Virus record (IMG/VR): IMGVR_UViG_3300032269_000057
Location: 1 to 34,043 of that record
Direction: 5' to 3' (one strand)
Origin: a virus
Taxonomy: Duplodnaviria > Caudoviricetes
Length of the DNA stretch: 34,043 nucleotides
Below the pieces are notes generated by a model. It was not told where the DNA came from. It did not search any database and saw only the letters and a list, made by a program, of their open reading frames with translations. Of this stretch, positions 16,722 through 26,990 are shown piece by piece. The first letter of the stretch is position 1. Every line of letters begins with the position of its first letter. A program made the translations under genes and the position numbers.

Positions 16722-17702
16722 ATGGCATTTGCTAATAGCGCAATTACCGATATTATCGCCACGACTATTCAAAGCCGTAGCGGTGAATTGGCAGACAATT
16801 TAACACAAAACAACGCAATTCTTCAGCGCTTGAACCAGAAGGGCAATGTACGCCCATTCTCAGGCGGTAATGTGATTTTGGAAGAAATCATGTATGACGA
16901 TAGCGCTACAAACAACGCTAACTCTTATAGCGGATATGAAGTATTGAACATTGCTCCAGATAGCCCTATTTCTGCTGCTCAGTTCAAAATCGCTCAGTAT
17001 GCAGACTCAGTAACAATGTCTGGTCTTGAAATGTTACAAAACAGCAGCAAAGAAGCAATCATCGACTTGTTAGATGGTCGTATGCAAGTTTCTGAAGCTC
17101 GTTTGTTAAACCGCATTTCTGGTGACTTGTACGGTGATGGTACTGGTAACGGTGGTAAGAACTTGGATGGTTTGGGCGCTGCTGTTGCAGCCGTACCTAC
17201 ATCTGGTACTTACGGTGGTATTAACCGTGCTACTTGGACTTTCTGGCAGAACCAAATTACTTCTGGTGCTACTTCTTCATCAACCATTCTTGGCGCAATG
17301 ACTACGGCTGCTATTAAGCAGATTCGTGGTACTGACAAGGCTGACTTGATTGTTGCTGGTAACACTTTGTATTCCTATTATGTAGGCGCATTGCAAGCTA
17401 TTCAGCGTATTGCTGCTGAAGAGTCTGGCGCTGCTGGTTTCGCTTCATTGAAATTCTACGGTGGCGGTACTTCTGCCGATGTGGTATTGGGTGGTGGTTA
17501 TGGCGCACAAGAAACAGCAACATATATGTATTTCTTGAACACCAATTACATCTTCCTACGCCCACACAAAGAGCGTAATTTTGTACCTATTGGTGGTGAG
17601 CGTCAGTCTATTAACCAAGACGCAATCGTGAAGTTATACGGTTGGGCTGGTAACTTGACTACTTCTAACTCATTCCTACAAGGCTTGTTGACAGGTAGTT
17701 AA
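16722..17702 (+). CDS. Major capsid protein
   Basis: 326 aa, AAGGA RBS, strongly biased codon usage, GDGTGNGGKNLDGL motif, position after the scaffold. Confidence 0.88.
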   Translation: MAFANSAITDIIATTIQSRSGELADNLTQNNAILQRLNQKGNVRPFSGGNVILEEIMYDDSATNNANSYSGYEVLNIAPDSPISAAQFKIAQYADSVTMSGLEMLQNSSKEAIIDLLDGRMQVSEARLLNRISGDLYGDGTGNGGKNLDGLGAAVAAVPTSGTYGGINRATWTFWQNQITSGATSSSTILGAMTTAAIKQIRGTDKADLIVAGNTLYSYYVGALQAIQRIAAEESGAAGFASLKFYGGGTSADVVLGGGYGAQETATYMYFLNTNYIFLRPHKERNFVPIGGERQSINQDAIVKLYGWAGNLTTSNSFLQGLLTGS

Positions 17703-17728
17703 TAGGTAGGGGGAAACCCCTATTTATT
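17701..17728 (+). terminator. GAAA-loop hairpin after the capsid gene (terminator or stabiliser)
   Basis: GTAGGGG-GAAA-CCCCTAT followed by TTATT. Confidence 0.6.
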
Positions 17729-17761
17729 AACTGTCTAATTAATTAATAAAGGAAATAAATC

Positions 17762-18055
17762 ATGGCATTTACAACTCTCCCCATCGCAGGTATAGACCTC
17801 GTTGATATTCAAACTGTTGCAGAACAAGCTACTACTAATGGCGTAACATTTGGCCCATTAGGTGTACAAACTTTTGCTAATGATGGTTTGCGTTATGTTT
17901 GGGCAAAAGCTGGTGAGGCTATTACAGCTTCTACAGCAACTTGCTCTATTAACACAACCACTTTTGTAGCTACCGCTTCTGCTGGTACTTACAAAGCTCC
18001 AGTAACCACAATGGCTTCTGGTGACTATGGCTGGTTTAGCAAGGCTTCAGTCTAA
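17762..18055 (+). CDS. Probable capsid decoration protein
   Basis: 97 aa, beta-rich, follows the capsid gene, AAGGA RBS. Confidence 0.65.
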   Translation: MAFTTLPIAGIDLVDIQTVAEQATTNGVTFGPLGVQTFANDGLRYVWAKAGEAITASTATCSINTTTFVATASAGTYKAPVTTMASGDYGWFSKASV

Positions 18056-18078
18056 AAATTGAAGATGTAGTAAAAACT

Positions 18079-18117
18079 GGGACTTCCTCACAAGGGGAGT
18101 CCCTTTTATTTTTTTTA
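18079..18117 (+). terminator. Rho-independent terminator
   Basis: GGGACTTCCT-CACAA-GGGGAGTCCC followed by a long T tract. Confidence 0.85.
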
Positions 18118-18147
18118 TAAACCCCTAACCACTTAGGAGCATTAAAA

Positions 18148-18771
18148 ATGGCAATAGATAGCGATACTCAAGGTGCAGATGCACGACTAGCAGTCCAATT
18201 CTATAAAAAAAGCGTTAAGCAAGACATAGCTTCAGACGAAGCTGGTAGACCGATTTTTAAAGAATTTGATTTTGTCCGTATTATGATACCTGGCGACAAT
18301 TTGACAGAAATTGACACATACGCCCAAGAGTCCCATAAACAGCGTTTTCCACGCCAATGGGCGCATTATCAAAACCAAGTAGCAAGCCACGAAGATATTG
18401 TAGGTACACCGCTAGAGCAATGGCCTCAAGTTACTCGTAGTCAAGCAGAAGAATTGCGTGGACTTAAATTCCACACAGTAGAGTCTATTGCTGACTGCTC
18501 TGACCAGCAATTACAGCGTATTGGTATGGTTGCAGGTATGTCACCATATAATTTCCGTGAAAAAGCCAAAGCTTTCTTAAATTTAGCCACAAAATCTGCT
18601 GATGTAGCACAAAGAGAAGCGGAAATGCAAGCACTACGCTTGGAAAATGATAAAATCAAGGCTGAAACAGATGCGAAGCTTGCCAAAATGCAGGAACAAA
18701 TGGAAGCGTTACTTGCGGCTGTTGCGGAAAAATCTCCAAAATCTCGCAAACCGAAAGTAGTAGAGGCCTAA
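18148..18771 (+). CDS. Hypothetical morphogenesis-region protein with a coiled-coil C-terminus
   Basis: AGGAG RBS; 207 aa. Confidence 0.8.
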   Translation: MAIDSDTQGADARLAVQFYKKSVKQDIASDEAGRPIFKEFDFVRIMIPGDNLTEIDTYAQESHKQRFPRQWAHYQNQVASHEDIVGTPLEQWPQVTRSQAEELRGLKFHTVESIADCSDQQLQRIGMVAGMSPYNFREKAKAFLNLATKSADVAQREAEMQALRLENDKIKAETDAKLAKMQEQMEALLAAVAEKSPKSRKPKVVEA

Positions 18772-18772
18772 T

Positions 18773-19684
18773 ATGTCCCAAACGATGTTGCAACTTGTCC
18801 AGCAAGTCACCGCAGAACTTAACCTTGCCGTACCTACCTATGTAGCTGGTAATCAGTCCCAAGATGTGCAACAAATCTTGGCTTTGATGAATGGCGCAGG
18901 GTATGAATTGGTTAAAGAATACGATTGGCAAGCTTTACAAGTGCAATATCGTTTCTACACACAGGCTATTACTTGCAATGCAACAAGCGTCAATGGCTCT
19001 ACATTATTAACTTTACCAACCGTTACAGACATTAGCGCTGTTACAAGCCAATGGCAAATTACTGGTTATAACATTAACCAAGACACCAATGTAGTAACTG
19101 CTAATAACTCAACTCAGCAAATTGTGATGAGTCAAATGGCTTCTGGGACAGGCACAGGAAGCATTGTTTTAGGACAAACCGCTTATGATTTGCCACTTGA
19201 CTTTGAAACCATTACAGACCGTACTCAATGGGATAAATCGAAACATTGGGAAAGTTTAGGGCCTGAAAGCCCACAACAATGGCAATGGTTAAAGTCTGGT
19301 TATATTTCAACTGGCCCTCGTATTCGTTGGCGTATTTTGGACAATCAATTCCAAATTTGGCCTGTAATGAATACAAACGAATACCTTGGTTGGGAATACC
19401 GTAGTAAAGGTTGGGCAAGGTCGTCTACTGGCGCTGTTAAAAACAGTTTTACTGTTGACTCAGACACTACCGTATTTGATGACCGTTTAATGGTTTTGTA
19501 TACAAAACTTAAATATTTTCAAGTGAAGTCTTTTGACACAACTGCGTTAAACCAAGACTATATGCGATATTTAAGCGTTATTAAAGCTAATGACAAAGGT
19601 GCGCCAAACCTGTCATTTGCTCCATACCCAAGCAAAGTGCTTATTGGTTATGCCAATATTCCTGATACTGGTTATGGAAGCTAA
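18773..19684 (+). CDS. Head-tail adaptor (P22 gp4 / tail tubular A-like)
   Basis: Position; AYDLPLDF motif; 303 aa. Confidence 0.65.
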   Translation: MSQTMLQLVQQVTAELNLAVPTYVAGNQSQDVQQILALMNGAGYELVKEYDWQALQVQYRFYTQAITCNATSVNGSTLLTLPTVTDISAVTSQWQITGYNINQDTNVVTANNSTQQIVMSQMASGTGTGSIVLGQTAYDLPLDFETITDRTQWDKSKHWESLGPESPQQWQWLKSGYISTGPRIRWRILDNQFQIWPVMNTNEYLGWEYRSKGWARSSTGAVKNSFTVDSDTTVFDDRLMVLYTKLKYFQVKSFDTTALNQDYMRYLSVIKANDKGAPNLSFAPYPSKVLIGYANIPDTGYGS

Positions 19685-19686
19685 TC

Positions 19687-22368
19687 ATGGCGCAACCTAA
19701 AGGTCGTACCGCAGTAACAGCCTCGGTTTCTAGCCCTATTGGGGGTTGGAATGCTAGGGACTCTATTGCTGAAATGCCACCGCTAGACGCTGTGGTATTA
19801 AACAATATGTTTCCTACTCCTACTGATGTGCAATTGCGCCTTGGCTATACCAAAGCTAGTGTTTTAACCACAACAACTGGTGTAAGAACTATCTCTAGTA
19901 TTACTATTTCTGGAATTACTGCAACCCTTACTACCGCAACTGCACATGGGCTGTCTACTGGAGCTACAGTTTCAATTACTGGGGCTACTCCTTCTGGATA
20001 TAACGGTGTTTACACAATAACTGTAGTAAATTCAACGACTTTTACTTATAAACCTATTGCTGTCCCTACAGGGAGTGCTTCAGTAGTTGGCGTTTATGCA
20101 ATAGGAATAACAACTCCAATTAATTCTTTAATGAATTATGCTGGGCCTAGCACGCAAGACTTATTTGCTGCTGCTGGCACTAGCATTTATGATGTTTCTG
20201 GCAATGTTGGCGTAGCCGTCAAGACTATTTCTAATGACAAAATGCAGCATGTTAATGTAACAACTGCTGGCGGTCATTTTTTAGTAGCTTGTAATGGTAC
20301 AGACGCTACAACCTTTTATGACGGCACAAATTGGATTAGCAACGCCCCTACAAGCACAGCGCAACAAGTAAACAGCATTACCCATGTGGGTACTTTAGCT
20401 ACTGTTACTACCAATGTGGCTCATGGTTTGGTTACAGGCAACCAAATTGTAATGTCAGGGGTTACACCTGCTGCATATAACGGTACTTTTATTATTACTG
20501 TTACAGACGCAACACATTTTACTTATGTGATGGCTACAACGCCAGCAACTAACTCTACAGCTAACGGTACTGCGTTTGCAATTACCTCTATTACCAATAC
20601 AGGCACAGGCGCTTTAGTTACTACGGCTGCTGCCCATAATTTGTACACAGGCAACATTATTACGGTTGCTGGTGCTACACCAAGTCAATATAACGGTACT
20701 TTTGCTATTACACGCCAAAGTGCTACGACTTTTACTTATGCCTTAATAAGCAACCCAGGTGGTAATGCTTCTGTTGTAGGTACTTATAGCGTAGCAGTTG
20801 CGGCGCTTAGTACTATTAGCAATACAGGCACTACAGCTAATGCAGTTACAGCCACAAATCATGGTTTATTTACTGGTAATCAAATAACCATTACTGGTTG
20901 CACGCCTTCCGACTACAACGGTACTTTTATTATTACAAAGTTAAGTGATACTCAATTTAGCTATGTAATGGCCACAACACCAGCAACAGTAGCTACCGTT
21001 GTTGGTTCTTATGTAGTAGTTGCCCAAACCATTAGCAGTAATGTGCAAACAGGTATTGTTGCCAAGCTGCAAGCTGCTGCAAACCATGATTTAGAAACAG
21101 GTGATGTAGTTACCATTTCTGGCGCTGTGCCTTCTGCATATAACGGCACATACAATGTTATTGTTATTAGTGCTAGTCAATTTAGTTACATTATGGCTTC
21201 ATCGCCTGTTACTGGCGCTACAACCACAGGAACTTATGCTACTTACCAAGGTACTTATAGTATTAATTTTGCTATTACTGGCGTAAATTCAAACAGGTTT
21301 ATTAATGTAAATTTGTTTAAAAACCGTTTATATTTCACTGAAGAACAAACCATGAAGGTGTGGTATTTACCAGTAAATTCTATTGCTGGTGAAGCGCAAC
21401 CCCTTGATTTTGGTGGAATTGCTCGTAATGGTGGTTTTATTCAAGGTATGGCTACTTGGACTATTGACGCTGGACAAGGTGCTGACGATTACGCTGTTTT
21501 TGTTACCAATATGGGTGAGGTTATTGTTTATAACGGTACAGACCCTAGCACCGCAGCTACATGGGCTTTAAAAGGTGTATGGCAATTAGGTTATGTATTT
21601 AGCCGTAGATGCTTTTATAAGTTTGCTGGCGACATTTTATTACTTACCCAAGATGGTTTAGTGCCTTTGGCTTCTGCATTGCAGTCAAGCCGCCTAGACC
21701 CTAGGGTAAACCTTACCGATAAGATTTACTACGCTATTTCTCAAGCTGCTACGCTATATTCAATTAATTTTGGATGGCAAATTGCTTATTATGCAAGCCA
21801 AAATATGTTAATTATTAATGTGCCAATTAGCTCTGGTACTCAGCAATTTGTAATGAATACCATTTCTAAGGCATGGGCAAGCTTTAGTGGCTTTAACGCT
21901 CAATGTTGGGAATTGTCTAATGACCAAATGTACTTTGGTGCAACAGGCTATATAGGACACTTTTGGAACGCTTATTCAGATAATGGTAGCAATATTAATG
22001 CTGATATACAGCAAGCTTATAGTTACTTTGACGCTAGAGGCCAGTTAAAGCGTTTTACTATGATTAGGCCTATATTCCAGACAGACAATGGAATACCTGG
22101 CGTATTGGCTGGTATAAATGTGGACTTTGCTACCCAAAATGACCTTGGTACTGTGTCATTTAACGCACAAAACGCTGCTATTGGCTCATGGGATAACGCT
22201 ATTTGGGATGAGTCCCAATGGGGTGGTGCTTTGTCTATTACTAAGTCATGGCAAGGCGTTACAGGTTTAGGCTATTCAGGTGGCGTGGTTATGAAAATAG
22301 CCTCCCAAGGTATTGATGTGCATTGGGCTTCTACAGATTATGTAATGGAGCGCGGAGGGGTTCTTTGA
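19687..22368 (+). CDS. Tail nozzle / DNA stabilisation protein (P22 gp10-like) with five inserted repeat domains
   Basis: PIGGWNARD N-terminus, beta-propeller-like body (FKNRLYF, GEVIVYNGTDP), position after the adaptor. Confidence 0.75.
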   Translation: MAQPKGRTAVTASVSSPIGGWNARDSIAEMPPLDAVVLNNMFPTPTDVQLRLGYTKASVLTTTTGVRTISSITISGITATLTTATAHGLSTGATVSITGATPSGYNGVYTITVVNSTTFTYKPIAVPTGSASVVGVYAIGITTPINSLMNYAGPSTQDLFAAAGTSIYDVSGNVGVAVKTISNDKMQHVNVTTAGGHFLVACNGTDATTFYDGTNWISNAPTSTAQQVNSITHVGTLATVTTNVAHGLVTGNQIVMSGVTPAAYNGTFIITVTDATHFTYVMATTPATNSTANGTAFAITSITNTGTGALVTTAAAHNLYTGNIITVAGATPSQYNGTFAITRQSATTFTYALISNPGGNASVVGTYSVAVAALSTISNTGTTANAVTATNHGLFTGNQITITGCTPSDYNGTFIITKLSDTQFSYVMATTPATVATVVGSYVVVAQTISSNVQTGIVAKLQAAANHDLETGDVVTISGAVPSAYNGTYNVIVISASQFSYIMASSPVTGATTTGTYATYQGTYSINFAITGVNSNRFINVNLFKNRLYFTEEQTMKVWYLPVNSIAGEAQPLDFGGIARNGGFIQGMATWTIDAGQGADDYAVFVTNMGEVIVYNGTDPSTAATWALKGVWQLGYVFSRRCFYKFAGDILLLTQDGLVPLASALQSSRLDPRVNLTDKIYYAISQAATLYSINFGWQIAYYASQNMLIINVPISSGTQQFVMNTISKAWASFSGFNAQCWELSNDQMYFGATGYIGHFWNAYSDNGSNINADIQQAYSYFDARGQLKRFTMIRPIFQTDNGIPGVLAGINVDFATQNDLGTVSFNAQNAAIGSWDNAIWDESQWGGALSITKSWQGVTGLGYSGGVVMKIASQGIDVHWASTDYVMERGGVL

Positions 22369-22796
22369 GGCAAGTTGTTACTGCTGACCAAGACTATATG
22401 CGGTCTTGGCTTAGTAATAAATTGGGTGAGAAATTGCCAGAAAATACTACCTGTATTGGGCAAGAAAAAGACGGTAATTTAATAGCAGTAATTGGGTATT
22501 GTGGTTTTAGGGCTAAATCGTGTTTAATGCACGTGGCAGCCATAGATGAAAATTGGATTAGTAAAGACTTGTTATGGGCAACCTTTGATTATCCCTTTAA
22601 TAAACTAGGAGTTAGCGTTATACTTGCAACAGTTTCCTCTAATAATAAGGAAGCGTTAAAGTTAGACCGACACCTTGGTTTTGTAGATAAAGCGTATATC
22701 GAAGATGCCCACGAAGATGGGGATTTGGTGATATTAGCAATGAGGCGTGAAAATTGTCGATGGCTCGACATTAAAACGACTCTAAAAGGAGCATGA
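22365..22796 (+). CDS. GNAT-fold acetyltransferase-like protein
   Basis: GGAGG RBS then TTG at 22365; FDYPFNKLG and N.EALKL.RHLGF motifs. Confidence 0.75.
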   Translation: MRQVVTADQDYMRSWLSNKLGEKLPENTTCIGQEKDGNLIAVIGYCGFRAKSCLMHVAAIDENWISKDLLWATFDYPFNKLGVSVILATVSSNNKEALKLDRHLGFVDKAYIEDAHEDGDLVILAMRRENCRWLDIKTTLKGA

Positions 22797-22797
22797 T

Positions 22798-23895
22798 ATG
22801 GGTGGCGGTGGAGGAATATTAGGTGGTATTACAAATGCGTTGTTTGGCAGTCCTCAGACTGTAGCAACGCCTGACTATACAGGTGCAGCGCAACAAACTG
22901 CTGCGGCTAATGCGGCTAATAACCGTATTAATCAAAATACTCCTTATGGTGGCTCACAATACCAACAAACTGGTACTGACCAGTATGGTAACCCTACTTA
23001 TACAATAAATACAACTGCTGCGCCATTTGTGCAAAATGCTATTAATGCCCAAGGTGGGCAATTAATGTCTTATGGAAACCCATTCCAATCTCCTACATTT
23101 AATAGCGCTGGCGATATGCCAAATATGAACTATTACGGTTCACGCTTAAATCAACAACAATTTAACCCTGCAACACAGCTTTTGCCTTTACCTGCATACG
23201 ATGTCAATACCAAAATTGACCAATCTCAATTGCCGACTTATGGAATTAACCCTGGTCAAAGCTATAGCGATGCCATTATGCAACGCTTACAGCCACAACA
23301 AGCACAAGACCAACAATCAATGCAAGCGCAATTAGCTAATCAAGGAGTTGTTCCTGGTACAGAAGCTTACAGCAATGCAATGCGTGTGTTTAATCAAGGT
23401 CAAAATGACGCAAGAACTAGCGCTATTGTTGGTGGTATGCAAACTGGCTTACAAGCTAATCAACAAGCTTACGGTCAGCAAGTTGGTCAAATTGGACTTA
23501 ACCTTCAAGGTAACGAACAAGCATTTACTCAACCATTGCGTACCAATGTGCAAAACATGGGTGCTAATGAACTTGCATATAACCAACAATACCAAAACCA
23601 AGGTCTTGGTATGCAAGCGCAAAATCAAGCATTTAATCAAGCTATGGCTAAATATTTGTTGCCATTACAAGTTGCTGGTGGTTTAAAAGGATTGTCTGCT
23701 CCTACTTATGCACCTACAAATACGGTTGCTGGTACTGATTATTTAAGCGCTATGGGACTTACACAACAAGGTAATGTAGCTTCTGCTAATGCTAATAATG
23801 CTTACAATAATTCACTAATGGGCGGATTGTTTACATTAGGGGCTGGTGCATTAGCTTCACCTGCTGGCACACTTAGCAAAATATTTAAGTTTTAA
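22798..23895 (+). CDS. Internal virion / ejection protein
   Basis: Q/N/G/A-rich; PDYTGAA and NQNTPYG motifs; position. Confidence 0.65.
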   Translation: MGGGGGILGGITNALFGSPQTVATPDYTGAAQQTAAANAANNRINQNTPYGGSQYQQTGTDQYGNPTYTINTTAAPFVQNAINAQGGQLMSYGNPFQSPTFNSAGDMPNMNYYGSRLNQQQFNPATQLLPLPAYDVNTKIDQSQLPTYGINPGQSYSDAIMQRLQPQQAQDQQSMQAQLANQGVVPGTEAYSNAMRVFNQGQNDARTSAIVGGMQTGLQANQQAYGQQVGQIGLNLQGNEQAFTQPLRTNVQNMGANELAYNQQYQNQGLGMQAQNQAFNQAMAKYLLPLQVAGGLKGLSAPTYAPTNTVAGTDYLSAMGLTQQGNVASANANNAYNNSLMGGLFTLGAGALASPAGTLSKIFKF

Positions 23896-23903
23896 GGATT
23901 AAC

Positions 23904-25502
23904 ATGGCAAACGATATTTCGCAATTATTAGCTAACCCAGAAATGTTGGGTTATGAGCGTCAACGCCAAATGGCTCAAGCGCTTCTTAAACAAGGAATGA
24001 CAACACCACAAGCACAAATTGTTGGTGACCGTTATGTGCCTGTAAATCCAATGCAATATCTTGGAAATTTGTTTAATGTATATGCAGGTCAAAAAGGTTT
24101 AGAGTCTGCTGACGAACAAGAATTGGCATTGGCAAAAGCATTGCGTCAAAAAGATTTAGAAGATTTGCAAGCTGGTATGCAAACTTACCAAGGTACACCA
24201 CAAAGAACAACAGAATTAGCTGGCCCTGCTTACCAAGGTATTGCTCCTACTGCTGTTATGCCAGCACAAGAACCTAACCGTCAAGCTGCTATGGCTCAAT
24301 TACTTGCTTCCACAGGGCCAAAATCTTCTGCTTTGGGCGCTAAATTGTATGAGCAAATGTTTAAAGAGCCTAAATGGGAAAAATCTGAATTACCAGACGC
24401 TAATGGCAATGTAAAAATTGGTTGGGTTAATGTTAATTCTCCAAACCCACTTTCTACATTTATATTGGGTGGCACAAAACCTGATGTTGAACAAGCTAAA
24501 GGACAATATGAAGGTTATTTACCTCAAGGTAATGCTTTTGGTTCTAATTCAATAGCTGGTAATAGTTCATTTGCCCCTGCAATGGCTAAAGTATTAAGAT
24601 TTGAAGGTGATGCTTTTGTAGAAAAAGATGGTTTGTCTGGCGCACCTGCTAAGTTTGGTATTAACCAAAAATACAACCCAGACATTGATGTTAAAAACCT
24701 TACAAAACCACAAGCTGAAGCTATTTATAAAACACGCTATTGGGATGCTATTGGTGGTGATAATTTACCTCCTAAAACTGCTGAAATTGCATTTGACGCA
24801 GCCGTTAACCAAGGCCCAGCATACGCTAAAGACCTTATTGCTAAAACTGGTGGCGACCCTGCAAAAATGCTTGCTCAAAGAGCGCAAGACTATGCAGCTA
24901 TTGTGCAAAATAACCCAGCACAAGCTAAATATTTACCTAGCTGGATGAACCGTGTAAACACTTTGGCACAAGATGTCAATGCAGGTAATACACCTTCTGC
25001 ACAAGCATTAAATACGGCTAATTTGTCACCAAAAGCATTGGCTCAAATTGCTCAAGAAACAGCCAAAACACAAATGGAAACAGAGCAAACCAATGTTAAA
25101 AGCGCTAAAGATGTATTTAGCGTAACTAAAGAAATAGCAACATTGTTACCACAAGCTCATGGAAGTGGAATTGGTAATTTAATAGGTGGTGCAGCCAATT
25201 TTGTTGGTCTTGAAACAGAAGCAAATAAAGCTGACGCACAGTTAAAAGTGCTCGGCTCTAAGATTTTAATGAATACTCCACGCTTTCAAGGCCCTCAATC
25301 TGACAAAGATGTGGCGGTTTATAAAGAAGCAGCAGGACAAATTGGTGACCCAAGTATTCCAGCAGGTGTGCGAATGGCAGCATTAAGCACTATTGTTGAT
25401 ATAAACAAAAAGTATGCCCCTAATTTGGATTGGGACTCTGTTTTGCCAAAATCAAAAACTGGAAAACCTAGTAAAGTTGTTAACTTTAACGATTTGCCAT
25501 AA
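23904..25502 (+). CDS. Internal virion / ejection protein with an embedded GH108 muramidase domain
   Basis: LRFEG...KFGI...LT...AEAIYKTRYW...FDAAVNQG...WMNRV at about 24582-24956. Confidence 0.8.
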   Translation: MANDISQLLANPEMLGYERQRQMAQALLKQGMTTPQAQIVGDRYVPVNPMQYLGNLFNVYAGQKGLESADEQELALAKALRQKDLEDLQAGMQTYQGTPQRTTELAGPAYQGIAPTAVMPAQEPNRQAAMAQLLASTGPKSSALGAKLYEQMFKEPKWEKSELPDANGNVKIGWVNVNSPNPLSTFILGGTKPDVEQAKGQYEGYLPQGNAFGSNSIAGNSSFAPAMAKVLRFEGDAFVEKDGLSGAPAKFGINQKYNPDIDVKNLTKPQAEAIYKTRYWDAIGGDNLPPKTAEIAFDAAVNQGPAYAKDLIAKTGGDPAKMLAQRAQDYAAIVQNNPAQAKYLPSWMNRVNTLAQDVNAGNTPSAQALNTANLSPKALAQIAQETAKTQMETEQTNVKSAKDVFSVTKEIATLLPQAHGSGIGNLIGGAANFVGLETEANKADAQLKVLGSKILMNTPRFQGPQSDKDVAVYKEAAGQIGDPSIPAGVRMAALSTIVDINKKYAPNLDWDSVLPKSKTGKPSKVVNFNDLP

Positions 25503-25510
25503 GGACTATT

Positions 25511-26989
25511 ATGGATGTATTAATGCCAGATGGCACTCTTGTTAAAGATGTACCTGAAGGAATAACTAAAGCTCAATTACAAGCTAAGTTATCAGGCGTT
25601 TCTGCACCTGGAAACGGTAACATTATTAATACTGATGTGCCTACAGTTGTTGGTGAACGCCCTAATGCTGTAAACCCACAACCAATGCAACAACCATCAA
25701 CTATGATGGAAAAAGTTAAAGCTTTGTATGAAGTCCCAACAACTATTGTTAGTGAAGCTATTAGACAACCTATGGCGCAAGCCTATGGTATTGCTAGAAG
25801 TATTCCTGAAGCTATTGCTACAGGTCAAGAACCAGCACAATTAGGTCAAAAATACACACAACAAGCATTGCAAAATATTCCACAATATCAACCTACTTCC
25901 CCTGTTACTCAAGAAGCTTTAGGTGCTATTGGTGGTGCTATAGAAACAGCTAAATTACCTTCTTATATTGGTAATATTGGCGCTATTCCTTCATTTACAC
26001 AAGCAGCGCAAGGTGGCAGACCTGTAGTTAATAGCATGGCTAACGCATTACGCAATGAAGCTGGAATGATTGGCGAGGCAGTACAGCCAGCCATTAATAA
26101 AGTTTCTGAATTTGCAAAACCAGCAGTTAATAAAGTTGCAGAAGCATTGCGTAGTGAACCTAGAATTGACATTGCTGGAATTGGTAAGGCAGCCCCTTCA
26201 GCAGAAGAATTAGCGGCTCAATCAAGCAATTTGTTTAAAGTAGCAAAAGAGTCTGGCGTTGAATTAAATGCTAAAGATTTTTCTACTAACATGGCTGGCA
26301 TAGGTAAAGAATTGCGTAATGAAGGTTATGACCCTAGGTTATACCCTAAATTGGCAGTAGCTTTAGACGAAATGACTCAAGTTGGAATACCAAAAGACTT
26401 TAATGAATTGAGCACTTTGCGTAAATTTATACAAAGCGCACAAAAAAGTGTTGACCCTAATGAAAAGCGTTTGGCAACTATTCTTAAAGATGAGTTTGAC
26501 ACCTATGTTTCAACTATTCCTGCTTCATCCGTTGTTAGTGGAAGCAAAGAAGGTTTAGACGCTTGGAAAAAAGCTAGAGATACTTATGCAAAAATGAGTA
26601 AATCTGAAATATTTACAGATATGCTTGAAATAGCTGATTTAGAAAAAACACAATTTAGTGCCTCTGGCGCAGAAAATTCATTGTCAAAACAATTACGCAA
26701 CTTAGCTAAAAATGAAAAGAAAATGCGTTTGTTTACTGCTGATGAACAAGCCGCAATTAAACAAGCTGCTAAAGGCACTAGCACACAAAATATGTTGCGT
26801 ATTTTTGGTAAATTTGCCCCCACAAGTTCTGTAAGTACAATCTTACCTTTGTTAGCTACTTCTGTAAGTGGCCCTGCTGGTCTTGCTATGACTGCTGGCG
26901 CTATGGGTTCAAGAATAGCGGCAACAAAAATGAGAAAAACTGACATTAACCAATTAGCAGCAATGATGAGAGCAGGAAAAGGACAATAA
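25511..26989 (+). CDS. Internal virion / DNA transfer protein
   Basis: Ala-rich and helical, hydrophobic C-terminus, AAGGA RBS, position. Confidence 0.65.
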   Translation: MDVLMPDGTLVKDVPEGITKAQLQAKLSGVSAPGNGNIINTDVPTVVGERPNAVNPQPMQQPSTMMEKVKALYEVPTTIVSEAIRQPMAQAYGIARSIPEAIATGQEPAQLGQKYTQQALQNIPQYQPTSPVTQEALGAIGGAIETAKLPSYIGNIGAIPSFTQAAQGGRPVVNSMANALRNEAGMIGEAVQPAINKVSEFAKPAVNKVAEALRSEPRIDIAGIGKAAPSAEELAAQSSNLFKVAKESGVELNAKDFSTNMAGIGKELRNEGYDPRLYPKLAVALDEMTQVGIPKDFNELSTLRKFIQSAQKSVDPNEKRLATILKDEFDTYVSTIPASSVVSGSKEGLDAWKKARDTYAKMSKSEIFTDMLEIADLEKTQFSASGAENSLSKQLRNLAKNEKKMRLFTADEQAAIKQAAKGTSTQNMLRIFGKFAPTSSVSTILPLLATSVSGPAGLAMTAGAMGSRIAATKMRKTDINQLAAMMRAGKGQ

Positions 26990-26990
26990 A

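Noticed and set aside
155-18076. TGTAGTA(A/G)A motif at 155, 5681 and 18066 as a phage-specific promoter
   Set aside because: Also occurs inside coding sequence (for example 11526 and 20022) as Val-Val codons; too weak without statistics
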